A DNA stretch of 64,000 bases from an uncultured Candidatus Saccharibacteria bacterium. Lineage in GTDB: Bacteria > Patescibacteriota > Saccharimonadia > Saccharimonadales > JAGQNJ01. Made by a program: the position numbers and the translations under genes. This document shows, piece by piece, positions 19,992 to 30,369 of this stretch. The notes beneath the pieces are model-generated. The model made no database searches. It saw only the letters and a list, made by a program, of their open reading frames with translations, and was not told the DNA's origin. The stretch is from the NCBI GenBank assembly GCA_964590205.1, contig CAZPVO010000003.1, forward strand, positions 67,643 through 131,642. Direction: 5' to 3'. Position 1 is the first letter of the stretch; every line of letters begins with the position of its first letter.

Positions 19992-20558
19992 CTAAATTGT
20001 CATTATCTCGGCTTCTTTGTCCTTAGCAAGCTTTTCGACATTGTTTTTGCAGGCTTGCATAGCATCATCGATCTGCTTTTCCAGTCGAGACCAATCGTCT
20101 TCACCAAGCTGTTTGTCTTTTTTAGCTTGATCGGCTTGTTTGATAGCGTCATGACGAGCGTTTCGGAGTTTAATCATACAATCTTCTACTTTTATACCTA
20201 GTTGTTTGGCGATTTCGGCACGTCTTTCAGTAGTTAGTGGTGGTACTGGCACACGAATTACACGCCCATCATCGGTTGGATTCAGTCCCAATGTTTGATT
20301 ATCACGGATCGCCTGCGCGATTGCTTGCAGATTATTAGGGTCAAATGGGCTTACTTGTAATAATGTTGCTTCCGGAGCCGTAATCGTCGCGACCTGAATC
20401 AGTGGCATTGGTGAACCGTAAGCCTCAACTGTAATGCCATCCAGCATTGCTGGTGTAGCCCGACCTGTTCGAACTTTCTTTAATTCGTCTTGAAAATGTT
20501 CGACAGCTTTATCGAATTTACCTTTTACTTCACTGAGTATTTGATTTGAATCCACCAA
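19992..20558 (-). CDS. frr: ribosome recycling factor
   Basis: 188 aa with RRF-typical sequence throughout. Confidence 0.95.
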   Translation of the reverse strand: MVDSNQILSEVKGKFDKAVEHFQDELKKVRTGRATPAMLDGITVEAYGSPMPLIQVATITAPEATLLQVSPFDPNNLQAIAQAIRDNQTLGLNPTDDGRVIRVPVPPLTTERRAEIAKQLGIKVEDCMIKLRNARHDAIKQADQAKKDKQLGEDDWSRLEKQIDDAMQACKNNVEKLAKDKEAEIMTI

Positions 20559-20774
20559 TTATTCTCCTGGTTGCACTTCAATAAATTCAACTTCACGCAG
20601 AGTACCACTAGCATCGACAACACCACCAGCGAGTGAAAGTCGTAGGCTGTTGGATCGCTCGGCAATACCTTCTCTTACATCTTCAGGCAGATCCTCATAT
20701 TTAGTGCATACTACGCGTCTGATCTGATCGTTAAGAAGCGCTCGTTCGTGTTCCGGCGTAAGTCCATCGGTCAT
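20559..20774 (-). CDS. small hypothetical protein (71 aa)
   Basis: Its stop abuts the frr start, so it is translationally coupled in the rpsB-tsf-frr operon. No recognisable motif. Confidence 0.4.
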   Translation of the reverse strand: MTDGLTPEHERALLNDQIRRVVCTKYEDLPEDVREGIAERSNSLRLSLAGGVVDASGTLREVEFIEVQPGE

Positions 20775-20817
20775 ATGTTTTCTCTCCTTAGAACTACTTT
20801 ATTGTAGCATAGAGCGC

Positions 20818-21291
20818 TTATAAAAATTCGCCTGGTTCGAGAGCTAAATCAAAGAAAGCCGTCGGACGTATTCTTGCACCATACCTTTTGTAAAATTTAT
20901 GAGCTCGCTCCCGAGAGTAATCAGATGTCCAATTAACTTGCTCAGCTTCCTGATCGCGACACCAATCGTTACCGATATCAAGTAACGTTTGCCCGATGCC
21001 TTGACCTTCCATTGACTTGCTGACCATGAAAAAGTCCAGGAAGCCTTTGATTTTCCATCCATGAATAATGATGTTCATTGTTGCCGAACCAACAAGTCGG
21101 CCTCCGAGTTGAGCAAGGAATACCTCGCGTTCAGGAGAATCAATAATTCTGCGCAGGAGTGCTTCGCGAGCTGGTTGATTATCATTATGCTCAAACGCTT
21201 CAGCCCGTAAATTTCCCATTTCGGCAGCAATTTCAGGGCTGTACTCTGTGAGTGTCCCGATTTCCACCCCAGTGGGTAAAACTAAAGCCAT
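20818..21291 (-). CDS. GNAT-family N-acetyltransferase
   Basis: Acetyl-CoA-binding Q/RxxGxG/A motif (MEGQGIGQTLL), 157 aa. It sits where pyrH is normally found. Confidence 0.8.
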   Translation of the reverse strand: MALVLPTGVEIGTLTEYSPEIAAEMGNLRAEAFEHNDNQPAREALLRRIIDSPEREVFLAQLGGRLVGSATMNIIIHGWKIKGFLDFFMVSKSMEGQGIGQTLLDIGNDWCRDQEAEQVNWTSDYSRERAHKFYKRYGARIRPTAFFDLALEPGEFL

Positions 21292-21293
21292 AG

Positions 21294-21893
21294 CTACTCG
21301 CTTACTTCACCGAGAGCCATGCGGCTGAATCGGCGCACCACAATGTTCTCACCAAGTTTTGCATTGTGTTCTTTAACGTATTCACCAACGGTGATGTCTG
21401 GATTCTTAACAAATGGTTGTTCGAGCAAGATTTGCTCAGCAAAGTGTTTGTGAACCATGCCACCAGCGATTTGATCGTGCATGTTTTCAGGCTTGCCCTC
21501 AGATTTTACTTTATCTTTGAATTCTTTCATTTTTTCGTCGTGAACGTCTTTTGGCACATCTTCTTTCGAGACATATTCAGGAGCTGCTGCCGCAATGTGC
21601 ATAGCAAGATCTTTAACAAGATCTGTAAAGATTTCATTGCGAGCTACAAAATCGGTTTCGCAGTTTACTTCTACTAAAACACCGATGCGGCCGTCGTGAT
21701 TGTAAGTGCCGACAAGTCCGGCACGCGCTTCGCGTTCACCACGCTTGTCAGCCTTGGTTAGACCTTTCTTGCGCATGGCTTCCAGTGCTTTATCAAAGTC
21801 ACCATTAACTTCCTCGAGTGCAGCTTTAGCGTCAGTTAAACCAACGCCTGTTAAATTCTTGAGTCGTTTTACATCTTCAATATTCACACCCAT
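21294..21893 (-). CDS. tsf: elongation factor Ts (short form)
   Basis: N-terminal UBA-like EF-Ts signature (VKRLKNLTGVGLTDAKAALEE). 199 aa. Confidence 0.9.
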   Translation of the reverse strand: MGVNIEDVKRLKNLTGVGLTDAKAALEEVNGDFDKALEAMRKKGLTKADKRGEREARAGLVGTYNHDGRIGVLVEVNCETDFVARNEIFTDLVKDLAMHIAAAAPEYVSKEDVPKDVHDEKMKEFKDKVKSEGKPENMHDQIAGGMVHKHFAEQILLEQPFVKNPDITVGEYVKEHNAKLGENIVVRRFSRMALGEVSE

Positions 21894-22645
21894 TATTTTT
21901 TCTCCTCAACTTTTTCGGCTTTTTCTTCATCTTTATCGGCAGATTTTGTTTGCTGCTTGGACTGTCCGGCTTCGATTGCCTTCTTTACATAGTCTGCAAT
22001 CAGCTGCAGCGCTTTAATTGCATCGTCGTTGCAAGGAATTGGATATTTTACTGTGCTTGGATCGGCGTTACTATCTGCCAAAGCCACTACTGGTACGCCA
22101 AGTTTGGTCGCTTCGCGAACAGCATTAACATCGTGAACCATGTCGAACACGAATACCACACCTGGTTTAGCGGCCATGTCTTTAATGCCACCGTACAAGT
22201 GATTCATGTGGTCAATTTCTTCCTGGAATCGCTGTACTTCGAGCTTGTTATATTTAGCCTCAAGTTGGCCAGATTCCATTTTGCTCTCTAGATCTTTCAG
22301 GTGTTTGATGCGACCAGAAATAGTCTTTTGGTTAGTCAGCATGCCCCCAACCCATCGCTCTGTTACGAACGGCATCTTGGTATCTGCCGCCAATTTTTGA
22401 GCAATCTCGCGAGCTTGGCGCTTGGTGCCAACAATCAGTACTTGTTTGCCCTCAGAAGCTGTTTTTTGGATAAATTCCAGAGCATTTTCGAGCTCAGCAA
22501 CGGTTTTGGTTAAATCAATAATGTGGCTGCCTTCACGCTTGCTGTGAATGTATTGCGCCATTTTTGGGTGCCAACGACTGGTCTTGTGACCAAAATGCGC
22601 GCCAGCTTCTAATAATTGCTTGATGTCTACATCAACTGTAGCCAT
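21893..22645 (-). CDS. rpsB: 30S ribosomal protein S2
   Basis: [29 protein letters not shown] is canonical S2. Confidence 0.95.
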   Translation of the reverse strand: MATVDVDIKQLLEAGAHFGHKTSRWHPKMAQYIHSKREGSHIIDLTKTVAELENALEFIQKTASEGKQVLIVGTKRQAREIAQKLAADTKMPFVTERWVGGMLTNQKTISGRIKHLKDLESKMESGQLEAKYNKLEVQRFQEEIDHMNHLYGGIKDMAAKPGVVFVFDMVHDVNAVREATKLGVPVVALADSNADPSTVKYPIPCNDDAIKALQLIADYVKKAIEAGQSKQQTKSADKDEEKAEKVEEKK

Positions 22646-22779
22646 AGGTTTTGTCCTTCCTCTTCATGTGAGTGCCGCATTGTCCCTACACAGGTTTCAA
22701 AACGGAGGATTGTGTCTCACACTGCTTAATTTGTTACCGACTTATCTTAACAGAGGTGTGAGAATTCCGCAACCCCTTA

Positions 22780-22808
22780 TTGACTCTTGGCTAACAGATG
22801 TGTATACT
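22780..22808 (+). promoter_or_regulatory. sigma70-like promoter of rpmE (TTGACT-17-TATACT), giving a near-leaderless transcript
   Basis: TTGACT at 22780..22785, a 17-nt spacer, TATACT at 22803..22808, and the ATG at 22818. The 5' UTR would be about 3-5 nt with no SD. Confidence 0.5.
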
Positions 22809-22817
22809 GATCTGGTT

Positions 22818-23183
22818 ATGAAAAAGGATTTGCACCCAGATAATTACCGAGTCGTAGTCTTCGAGGACCTCAATGATGGTACTCGTTTTTTGACACGCTC
22901 AACAGTTACTGCCGAGGAAACCACTAAGTGGGAAGATGGCAACGAATATCCTTTGGTTAAAGTGCACATTAGCAGTGCTTCTCACCCGTTTTTTACTGGT
23001 CAGGAAAAAATGATCGACATTGAAGGTCGCGTTGATAAGTTCAAGGCTCGAGCTGAAGCTGCCGAGAAAGCTCTCGAGGCTCGCAAGGCTGCTGCTAAGA
23101 AGAAAACGACGCACAAAGCGCACGTCGAAGCCAAGAAAGCCGAAAAGCAAGAAACTGAATCACCAGCGACAGCTGATAAATAA
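22818..23183 (+). CDS. rpmE: 50S ribosomal protein L31, type B (no Cys) with Lys/Ala-rich C-terminal extension
   Basis: [10 protein letters not shown]...[23 protein letters not shown]. The track ORF begins upstream at 22620, but homology starts at the ATG at 22818. Confidence 0.85.
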   Translation: MKKDLHPDNYRVVVFEDLNDGTRFLTRSTVTAEETTKWEDGNEYPLVKVHISSASHPFFTGQEKMIDIEGRVDKFKARAEAAEKALEARKAAAKKKTTHKAHVEAKKAEKQETESPATADK

Positions 23184-23199
23184 CTTTAGATAACACACG

Positions 23200-23231
23200 C
23201 CACCTCCCTGTTTATTTGGAGGTGGTTTTTA
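23200..23231 (+). terminator. rho-independent terminator after rpmE
   Basis: CCACCTCC-ctgtttattt-GGAGGTGG followed by TTTTTA. Confidence 0.75.
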
Positions 23232-23250
23232 TATACTAAAAAGGAACAGT

Positions 23251-24309
23251 ATGGACCAGAAAGAACAAGAATTACGGAAAGAGCTCGAAGATCTGCAAGC
23301 TAAATTGCAGGATCCGGCTATTTATAGTGATTCAAGTTACCCTAAACTGGCCAAACGACAAAGCGAGCTGGAGTCTGTTATCGCCCTGTTTGATGAAAAG
23401 AATCAGCTCGAAAAAGCTCACCGCGATGCCACCGAACTGGTTAATAGTGATGATGCCGATATGGCAGCGCTTGTTCAAGAAGAACTCCAAAGCACAGAGT
23501 CAGCTTTAGCTATTAACGAAGCGCGTCTTACTGAAGCTTTGGTACCGAAAGATCCAAACGATGAACGCGATGCAATTATCGAAATTCGTGCGGCCGCCGG
23601 TGGTGATGAAGCCAGTTTATTTGCTGGCGATTTATTCCGTATGTACACGCGCTGGGCTGAAGCGCACAATTTTAAAGTTGAGCTTATTGACCATAATGCC
23701 AATGAAGTAGGCGGCTATAAAGAAGTGATCTTTGCCGTTCGTGGAGCTGAAGCGTATAAGAATTTAAAGTTCGAAGCCGGTGTACACCGCGTGCAGCGTG
23801 TTCCGACGACCGAATCTCAAGGCCGCATTCACACCAGCACAGTCACTGTAGCCGTATTACCCGAAGCCGAGGAAAGTGATGTTGAAATCAACCAAGCTGA
23901 CCTTCGAATTGACGTGTATCGATCGAGTGGTCATGGCGGCCAAAGTGTGAACACAACTGACTCTGCTGTGCGAATAACTCATTTACCCACCGGCATTGTC
24001 GTGACCTGCCAGGACGAAAAATCGCAGATCAAAAATAAAGAGAAAGCGATGGGCGTTTTAAGATCTCGGTTACTGCAAAATAAGATAGAGCAGGAGCAAA
24101 AACAGCTTTCTGATGCACGTAAACAATTAATTGGTTCAGGCGACCGAAGCGAAAAAATTCGGACCTATAATTTCCCGCAAGATCGCATCACTGACCATCG
24201 AATTGGCTATTCTCGCAGTAACATTCCGGGGGCGTTGGACGGCAATATCGACGACTTAATTGAGCAATTACAGAACTATGAGCGCCAACTCATCAATGAA
24301 AATAAGTGA
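23251..24309 (+). CDS. prfA: peptide chain release factor 1
   Basis: GGQ motif ([24 protein letters not shown]) and an RF1-type tripeptide region ([14 protein letters not shown]). Confidence 0.95.
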   Translation: MDQKEQELRKELEDLQAKLQDPAIYSDSSYPKLAKRQSELESVIALFDEKNQLEKAHRDATELVNSDDADMAALVQEELQSTESALAINEARLTEALVPKDPNDERDAIIEIRAAAGGDEASLFAGDLFRMYTRWAEAHNFKVELIDHNANEVGGYKEVIFAVRGAEAYKNLKFEAGVHRVQRVPTTESQGRIHTSTVTVAVLPEAEESDVEINQADLRIDVYRSSGHGGQSVNTTDSAVRITHLPTGIVVTCQDEKSQIKNKEKAMGVLRSRLLQNKIEQEQKQLSDARKQLIGSGDRSEKIRTYNFPQDRITDHRIGYSRSNIPGALDGNIDDLIEQLQNYERQLINENK

Positions 24310-25108
24310 TTGGCTGACCCAATCTAAGCACAAATTAGGTCACGCTGGGATTGAAACTGCTGAGCTTGACTGCCTCGTTTTACTGCAGGACGTTTTAGGT
24401 CAAGAAAAAGCTTTTATTTTAACTCACCTCGAAAATGTGTTGACTAAAAAACAACTCCTCATTTTGAATGAGCGTTTGGGTCGAAGAATCAAACACGAGC
24501 CACTCGCCTATATTCGCGGTTATGTAGAGTTTTACGGTCGAAATTTTATAGTCGATAAGAATGTTCTTGTTCCACGCCCTGAAACAGAGACAATGATCGA
24601 AGAATTGAAACTGCTCGCTTCAAAATCTGAACAGCTCGTTTTGACTGATGTTGGCTGTGGCTCAGGCGCAATTGGCATAACCGCTAAACTGGAAATTCCA
24701 GACTCAAAAGTCTATTTGACAGACATTGATAAAAATTGTTTGGGGATTTCTGAAAGAAATAGTCGGGTCTTAAAAACAACAGTTGTTTTTGAACATGGTG
24801 ATTTGCTGGCACCACTTGCTGACAAAAAGCTCGACATCGTACTGGCTAACTTGCCGTACGTGCCCAATGACTACACTATCAATGAAGCTGCACGCAAGGA
24901 ACCGCCTGTCGCACTATTTGGTGGCGATGATGGTCTCGACTTATACCGTCAATTATTTGAACAAATAAGTGCACTCCCGCGCAAACCAGGCCATGTGCTG
25001 ACCGAATCATTACCCATGCAGCACAAGGCCCTGAACAAAATCGCAAAACAAGCGAGCTACAAGCTGCTTAGAACCAACAATTTTATCTCTGTTTTCGTGC
25101 TTACCTAG
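24296..25108 (+). CDS. prmC: release factor glutamine N5-methyltransferase PrmC/HemK
   Basis: SAM-binding motif ([12 protein letters not shown]) and a catalytic tetrapeptide that reads NLPY here, where NPPY is usual. The ATG at 24296 overlaps the prfA stop in ATGAAAATAAGTGA; the ORF frame opens at 24260. Confidence 0.8.
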   Translation: MKISDWLTQSKHKLGHAGIETAELDCLVLLQDVLGQEKAFILTHLENVLTKKQLLILNERLGRRIKHEPLAYIRGYVEFYGRNFIVDKNVLVPRPETETMIEELKLLASKSEQLVLTDVGCGSGAIGITAKLEIPDSKVYLTDIDKNCLGISERNSRVLKTTVVFEHGDLLAPLADKKLDIVLANLPYVPNDYTINEAARKEPPVALFGGDDGLDLYRQLFEQISALPRKPGHVLTESLPMQHKALNKIAKQASYKLLRTNNFISVFVLT

Positions 25109-26337
25109 CTTTGGGGTGCTACACCAAGTGTTACTGGTATCGTGATAGTTTTGCCATCACGAATGACAGTCAGTGTAACTTTGTCGCCAGAGCTATATTG
25201 GCCGAGCACTGAAGTGAGATTATTAGTCTCATTAATATCTTTGTTATCTACCTTGGTGATGATGTCACCTGATTGCAAACCGGCTGTGGCTGCTGGTGAG
25301 TTAGGAAGCACCGGTGCTTGATCGCCATTACCTGGTGCTAGGTAAGCTCCGCGCTTCGTACTTAAATTTTGTTGTGCAGCGTAGTCATCGGTTAGGGAGA
25401 CGTAGCGTACGCCAAGATATGGTCGCTCGAGTTTTCCCTTTTCAAGCACACTCTTAATGAGCCCTTGAACATCATTGATTGGAATAGCAAAACCAATATT
25501 TGTAGCCCCATCACCGGCAACTGCTGTGTTGATGCCAATAACCTCACTATTTGAGTTCACAAGTGGACCACCCGAATTACCTTGGTTAATGGCAGCATCA
25601 GTCTGAAATAGATCGTTTAAATTCTCGGGTGTTTCGCCATTACCACCTCCAGCCTGTACACTTCGGCCAAAGCCCGAAATAATACCCGACGTAACAGTGT
25701 TTTGGAACTGACCAAGTGCATTACCGATGGCTACAACCATGTCACCAACCTGAACTTTACTTGAATCACCCAATTTTACTGGAGTTAGCTTTTTGCCTTT
25801 GCTGTCCTTGATACGCAAAAATGCAACGTCCAGCGGATCTGAGTCACTTGTGCGACCAATTACATCAACATTATCAAGTGTCGTCCCATCGGATAGCGTT
25901 ACGCTCACGGTCGTTGCACCGCTCGGCACCACATGTCGATTGGTCAAGATATCACCTTTATCACTGATAATAAAACCTGTACCTGCACTTTGTTCTTGGG
26001 TATTGCGTATGTTGCCAAAATAATCAGCTTGTGGTGCTTGGCTTGTTACATTTATTGAGACCACGCTCGGGTTCAGATCTTTGGCAATCGTGCTGATCAG
26101 CTGACTTTCACTGGCCACAACTTGTTTAGCCTGCGCATTACTAGCATTTGTATTGGTGTTGTTGTGACTGACTCGGCTGCCTATAAAGCCACCGAAGAAG
26201 CCAACAATTAAACTAGCGCCTAGAGTGACAAGCATGCCAGTACTTAAACTGGATGCCATCTTATTACTTTTAGCCTTTTTATTACTTTTCGGCGCTGAAA
26301 CTGGCGCTTCCTTGGTTGAAGCGGGTTCGTTATTCAT
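25105..26337 (-). CDS. htrA: HtrA/DegP-family serine protease with PDZ domain
   Basis: Catalytic His (ILTNRHVV), Asp (DVAFLRI) and Ser (GNSGGPLVN). N-terminal TM anchor and a C-terminal PDZ. Confidence 0.85.
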   Translation of the reverse strand: MNNEPASTKEAPVSAPKSNKKAKSNKMASSLSTGMLVTLGASLIVGFFGGFIGSRVSHNNTNTNASNAQAKQVVASESQLISTIAKDLNPSVVSINVTSQAPQADYFGNIRNTQEQSAGTGFIISDKGDILTNRHVVPSGATTVSVTLSDGTTLDNVDVIGRTSDSDPLDVAFLRIKDSKGKKLTPVKLGDSSKVQVGDMVVAIGNALGQFQNTVTSGIISGFGRSVQAGGGNGETPENLNDLFQTDAAINQGNSGGPLVNSNSEVIGINTAVAGDGATNIGFAIPINDVQGLIKSVLEKGKLERPYLGVRYVSLTDDYAAQQNLSTKRGAYLAPGNGDQAPVLPNSPAATAGLQSGDIITKVDNKDINETNNLTSVLGQYSSGDKVTLTVIRDGKTITIPVTLGVAPQS

Positions 26338-26367
26338 CTTCCCTCCTAAATCAAAAACTATTTAAAT

Positions 26368-27117
26368 CTAAATAGCCTTGTCGCCCCAGTCCGAAAAGAC
26401 TAATACTACTATTATAATCGCAATCATAATGAATATAAACTGGCGTCTCAGCAAAACTGAGAGTCTATCAGTTCTATCTAAGTAATAGATTGTCGCCAAG
26501 CCAAAACCAAGTACTGTCAGTAGCAATGTTGGCTGAGCTACAAAACCATAAAACAGCAACCAGTGCCCCAAGATCCACACTAGCGAGGCGCCAAAATAGG
26601 CCCACACATCTGTCAGAAACCGGGTGTACGGTTCATCAAAACTGGTAAAGAAGTGCCTTGCACAAGCGTAACAAACCACCCAAGTCGCAATAATTAACGA
26701 GTACAGCGGCGCATCTGGCCATGCCCAGAATATCGCCATCAGCCCAAAAATCTGGGCAACGAGTGCCTGAATTGATATGCCAAACAGCGTGGCGCTTGGC
26801 TTAATAAGCAGTAGCCACAATGCATAAACAGTAGCCCAAATCGCTTGCACAAGCTGACTATCGGTATGAACCATAAAGACGATAACTGCTAAGCCAACGA
26901 CAATATCAACACCGTTAGCCCGAATATTAGCCAACCAGTGGCGTGGCCGGACTGCAAACATTCGCCATTTACTCAAAAGTAGCACCGCAATCGCCAGTTC
27001 AGCAAAATTTATGCGTACCAAAATAAAGATCACCACCGGTAGCAAAATTGTTAGGGCGATATGAATGAAGTGAGAAAATCCGCTTGCTGGACGAATTCTA
27101 GTTTTCAGACGTTCCAT
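26368..27117 (-). CDS. hypothetical polytopic membrane protein
   Basis: 249 aa, about 7 hydrophobic helices, Trp-rich. Overlaps the LCP gene by 20 nt. Confidence 0.45.
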   Translation of the reverse strand: MERLKTRIRPASGFSHFIHIALTILLPVVIFILVRINFAELAIAVLLLSKWRMFAVRPRHWLANIRANGVDIVVGLAVIVFMVHTDSQLVQAIWATVYALWLLLIKPSATLFGISIQALVAQIFGLMAIFWAWPDAPLYSLIIATWVVCYACARHFFTSFDEPYTRFLTDVWAYFGASLVWILGHWLLFYGFVAQPTLLLTVLGFGLATIYYLDRTDRLSVLLRRQFIFIMIAIIIVVLVFSDWGDKAI

Positions 27118-28729
27118 TTTGTCCCACTATTATAACAAAGTCGGCGTCTTCTGGGTTAATCCCATCTGGCAGTTTAGAAGTTGCAGAGGTTTTAAAACGC
27201 AGTTCTAGATAGTGTTTGGTATATTTTTTGGCGCCGCCGCGCATATCAACCAACACATTATTAGTGTAATCCTTGATTGGAGCATCTTCTACTTTAGTGA
27301 CGTTGTAGCCATATGATTTCAGTTCATTAGCTCTAGCAGTCGCTAGCCCTGAGCGAGTTGTCCCATTTATCACAATAATCTTTGGGTCTTCTTTCTTTAT
27401 GAAACCGTCTTTGAGCGTATTCCGAACAAAGCTTTGGATGTCAGCATAGGCATACGTGCCGGCTTTTGGCACGACAACTGATTGACCACCAATATTTCCG
27501 GTCGTTACTAGCTCTTGTGGTGGATCTGCTAATCCAGCCGACTTAATCTGACTACTGTTAATCTGCTTACCAAGATTATAAAGCTGCATGATTTCATTAA
27601 TATTAAAGTTTGTGGCGATGTGATTACCAAAAGTGTCCATCAGCTGCGAAACTTTTATCGGGTTGCCGAAGGTTCCAAGCGTAAAGACCTTGTCTTTGAG
27701 AGCCACGGCTACTTCACGCTGCCGTTGGTTACGATCAAAGTCACCTCTTGGGCTGCCATATCTCGATTGAGCATAAAGCAAAGCCTGTTTACCGTTCATG
27801 TGTTGAGGGCCAACCTTGGCAATCAACGGATTACCATGATTTTCATTAGCCAGCACCGTGTCATACACCTGTTGTTGCACATTTATATCAACGCCGCCGA
27901 CTGTGTCGATTGCTTCACGAAAACCAACAAAATCAACAATCGCATAATAATTGATTGGCACACCAGCCACTTCGGTCACTTTTTTCTGAATGGCCGCAAA
28001 ACCGGCCTTTTCGGCATCGGCATTTGTTTTTCCTTTAGCCAGTGCACTATCTTTGGCATTAGCAAAGACGGCATTAATTTTTGAAGATCCTCCACCGTCG
28101 TTTTTAACCCATAAATCTCTTGGAATACTAACAAGTCCGGCTTCTTTATTAATTGGATCGATGCTGGCGATCAGGATTGTATCAGTTAAATCAGCACCAT
28201 CATGCCCAGCGCCACCTCGCGCTAAAAGTAGCACATTAATGCGGCCATCACCCTCACCTTTTAGTTTTGAAGGATCGATGTCATCGCTCAGCGCAGCGGC
28301 ACTTCCACCACCTGCGAACACCTGTCGAGCTTTTAGATATCCTTTGCCAAAGAAGTAACCGGCCAATAAGACACTTATTATAAGTAAGATGCTGAAGGTC
28401 TTTAAAACTACTTTGAGACCAAGGCGTTTTTTCTTTGGCTTTTCTTGAACGTCGTCAGATAAATCGATGTCTTCTCCTTTTTTATAAGATGGTTTTCGGC
28501 CAATGGCACTGCCGTCAGGCACAATGTTGCCCCCAGTCTTCCTGGGATGAAAGCCTTCTGGTTGGCTTTTAAAATCATCGAGGTTTTTTTGGCTGGTACT
28601 CAACGACCGACTGCGGCGCAAATTTGAACCATCTTGGTTAAGCGAATCGCTTGAACTCGATGGGTTAACAAAACCGTCAATAAATTTTGGTTTCTGCCTT
28701 GAGTGTTTTGGTCGACGATAATTATCCAT
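27098..28729 (-). CDS. LytR-CpsA-Psr (LCP) family cell-wall glycopolymer ligase
   Basis: LCP core (GHDGADLTDTILIASIDPINKEAGLVSIPRDLWV). N-terminal cytoplasmic low-complexity region plus TM, and a C-terminal LytR_C-like domain. Confidence 0.85.
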   Translation of the reverse strand: MDNYRRPKHSRQKPKFIDGFVNPSSSSDSLNQDGSNLRRSRSLSTSQKNLDDFKSQPEGFHPRKTGGNIVPDGSAIGRKPSYKKGEDIDLSDDVQEKPKKKRLGLKVVLKTFSILLIISVLLAGYFFGKGYLKARQVFAGGGSAAALSDDIDPSKLKGEGDGRINVLLLARGGAGHDGADLTDTILIASIDPINKEAGLVSIPRDLWVKNDGGGSSKINAVFANAKDSALAKGKTNADAEKAGFAAIQKKVTEVAGVPINYYAIVDFVGFREAIDTVGGVDINVQQQVYDTVLANENHGNPLIAKVGPQHMNGKQALLYAQSRYGSPRGDFDRNQRQREVAVALKDKVFTLGTFGNPIKVSQLMDTFGNHIATNFNINEIMQLYNLGKQINSSQIKSAGLADPPQELVTTGNIGGQSVVVPKAGTYAYADIQSFVRNTLKDGFIKKEDPKIIVINGTTRSGLATARANELKSYGYNVTKVEDAPIKDYTNNVLVDMRGGAKKYTKHYLELRFKTSATSKLPDGINPEDADFVIIVGQNGTSEN

Positions 28730-28810
28730 AAGTAATTAGACTCTTAGTATAGCGGTTTATAGCCCCATAAAAAAGGTTCTTTTGCTTAGAATTTCTCAGG
28801 AATTAGAGTT

Positions 28811-29500
28811 TTGAATCATCTCAAAAAAGAGTATAGTCAGAGTCTGAATATGAGCAGTGAGAACAGTAAAATCCCAGCGTCTCAACCGGTTGAGCAACCA
28901 GAACCACCCGTAAAGCATAATTACGAAGGTTTATGGAGTATTATAGGCACGATTGTTTTACTCGTGGCGGCACCAATTATTGCTGTTATTCTCACTTTGT
29001 TCGTCTTTCAATCTTATGAAGTGGACGGCCCAAGTATGCAAAACACTCTGTATAACCAGGATCGCTTAATTGTTTATAAGCTGCCGCGAACAGTTATGCG
29101 AGTCACTCATCATCCATTTATTCCCAAACGCGGCGAAATTGTCATATTTAATAAGTCGGATCTTGGTAGTGAGCCTGGTCAAAGTGGTTCAAAGCAACTT
29201 ATTAAAAGAGTAATTGGTCTGCCAGGCGAACGAGTCGTCGTGAAAGACGGTAAAGTTCTAGTGTATAACCAAGAGCATCCTAACGGATTTGATCCTGACG
29301 CTGGCCAAGCCTGGGCCAATACTGCCAATATTGCCATCACTAACGGAGAAGTTGATACTGTTGTACCTGAGGGCAATGTCTTTGTCATGGGCGACAACCG
29401 CACGAACTCTTTGGATTCACGCTTTTTTGGGCCTGTTCCATCAAACGATTTGGTTGGCGAATTAGTATTTCGACTTTGGCCGAATACCAAAGAATTCTAA
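28811..29500 (+). CDS. lepB: signal peptidase I
   Basis: Boxes B (GPSMQNTL, Ser), D (KRVIGLPGERV, Lys) and E (GDNRTNSLDSRFFG). Confidence 0.9.
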   Translation: MNHLKKEYSQSLNMSSENSKIPASQPVEQPEPPVKHNYEGLWSIIGTIVLLVAAPIIAVILTLFVFQSYEVDGPSMQNTLYNQDRLIVYKLPRTVMRVTHHPFIPKRGEIVIFNKSDLGSEPGQSGSKQLIKRVIGLPGERVVVKDGKVLVYNQEHPNGFDPDAGQAWANTANIAITNGEVDTVVPEGNVFVMGDNRTNSLDSRFFGPVPSNDLVGELVFRLWPNTKEF

Positions 29501-30366
29501 CTTAGTAGCTGATCGATTATTTTGGCGAGTTCTTTATCGCTGACAAAGTGAATTTCGAGGCGACCGCCTTTGGCAGTACGCTTAATGGTGACTGGCGCCT
29601 TGATCTTATCGCTTAAACTTTGGGTTTGCGGCGTGGTTTTGGCCATTTTAGAACGGACGGCTTTAGTGGTTGTGGCTCCCTGTTTGGTTGACACCACAAA
29701 CTGTTCGGCCTGGCGTACCGACCAACCATATTTTTCTATAGAGTCCAAAAGCTCGGTTTGCTTTTCAGGTAAATCTTTCAGCGCTAAGATTGCTCGAGCA
29801 TGCCCCTCGCTAATCTTTTGTTCCCGTAAAGCTTGCTTAGCAGGTTCAGGCAGTTGCAGCAAACGAACGATATTATTAACAGTGGTCGTTGCTTTGCTTA
29901 AACGCTTAGCGATGTCACCGTAACTCATACTAAACTGATCATGCAAGCGCTCGATTGATTGAGCTTGCTCCAGCGGTGAAAGATCGACACGTTGGACGTT
30001 TTCAACCAAGGCGATCTCGAGTTGTTCCAGTTCCTCTGTCGAGCGCACAATGACTGGCACATGTTTATGCCCCGCCAGCTGTGCGGCACGCCACCGACGT
30101 TCACCTGCAATAATCTCGTAACTGCCGCCTCGTTTTGTGACTACTAATGGCTGAACAATGCCGTAATTTTTTATCGACTCCGATAATTCACTGAGCGCTT
30201 GCTCATCGAAGTGTTTTCGTGGCTGATCTGGATTCGGCCTAACTTGATCTACTGGCAGTTGTTGTACTCGTTCACCCTGCTCAGTTAAGAGTGAGGCATC
30301 TAAATCCTGCGGGATTAAGGCATCGAACCCTTTGCCCAACCCCTTATTGGCTGCTTTGGTAGCCAT
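29497..30366 (-). CDS. parB: chromosome partitioning protein ParB
   Basis: ParB box (EIIAGERRWRAAQLAG) and HTH region. Confidence 0.9.
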   Translation of the reverse strand: MATKAANKGLGKGFDALIPQDLDASLLTEQGERVQQLPVDQVRPNPDQPRKHFDEQALSELSESIKNYGIVQPLVVTKRGGSYEIIAGERRWRAAQLAGHKHVPVIVRSTEELEQLEIALVENVQRVDLSPLEQAQSIERLHDQFSMSYGDIAKRLSKATTTVNNIVRLLQLPEPAKQALREQKISEGHARAILALKDLPEKQTELLDSIEKYGWSVRQAEQFVVSTKQGATTTKAVRSKMAKTTPQTQSLSDKIKAPVTIKRTAKGGRLEIHFVSDKELAKIIDQLLS

Positions 30367-30369
30367 ATT

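Noticed and set aside
22620-22817. Upstream 66-codon extension of the rpmE ORF ([18 protein letters not shown]...).
   Set aside because: The extension overlaps the divergent rpsB start and promoter region and has no similarity to L31. L31 homology begins exactly at the ATG at 22818, which is preceded by a good -35/-10 pair.
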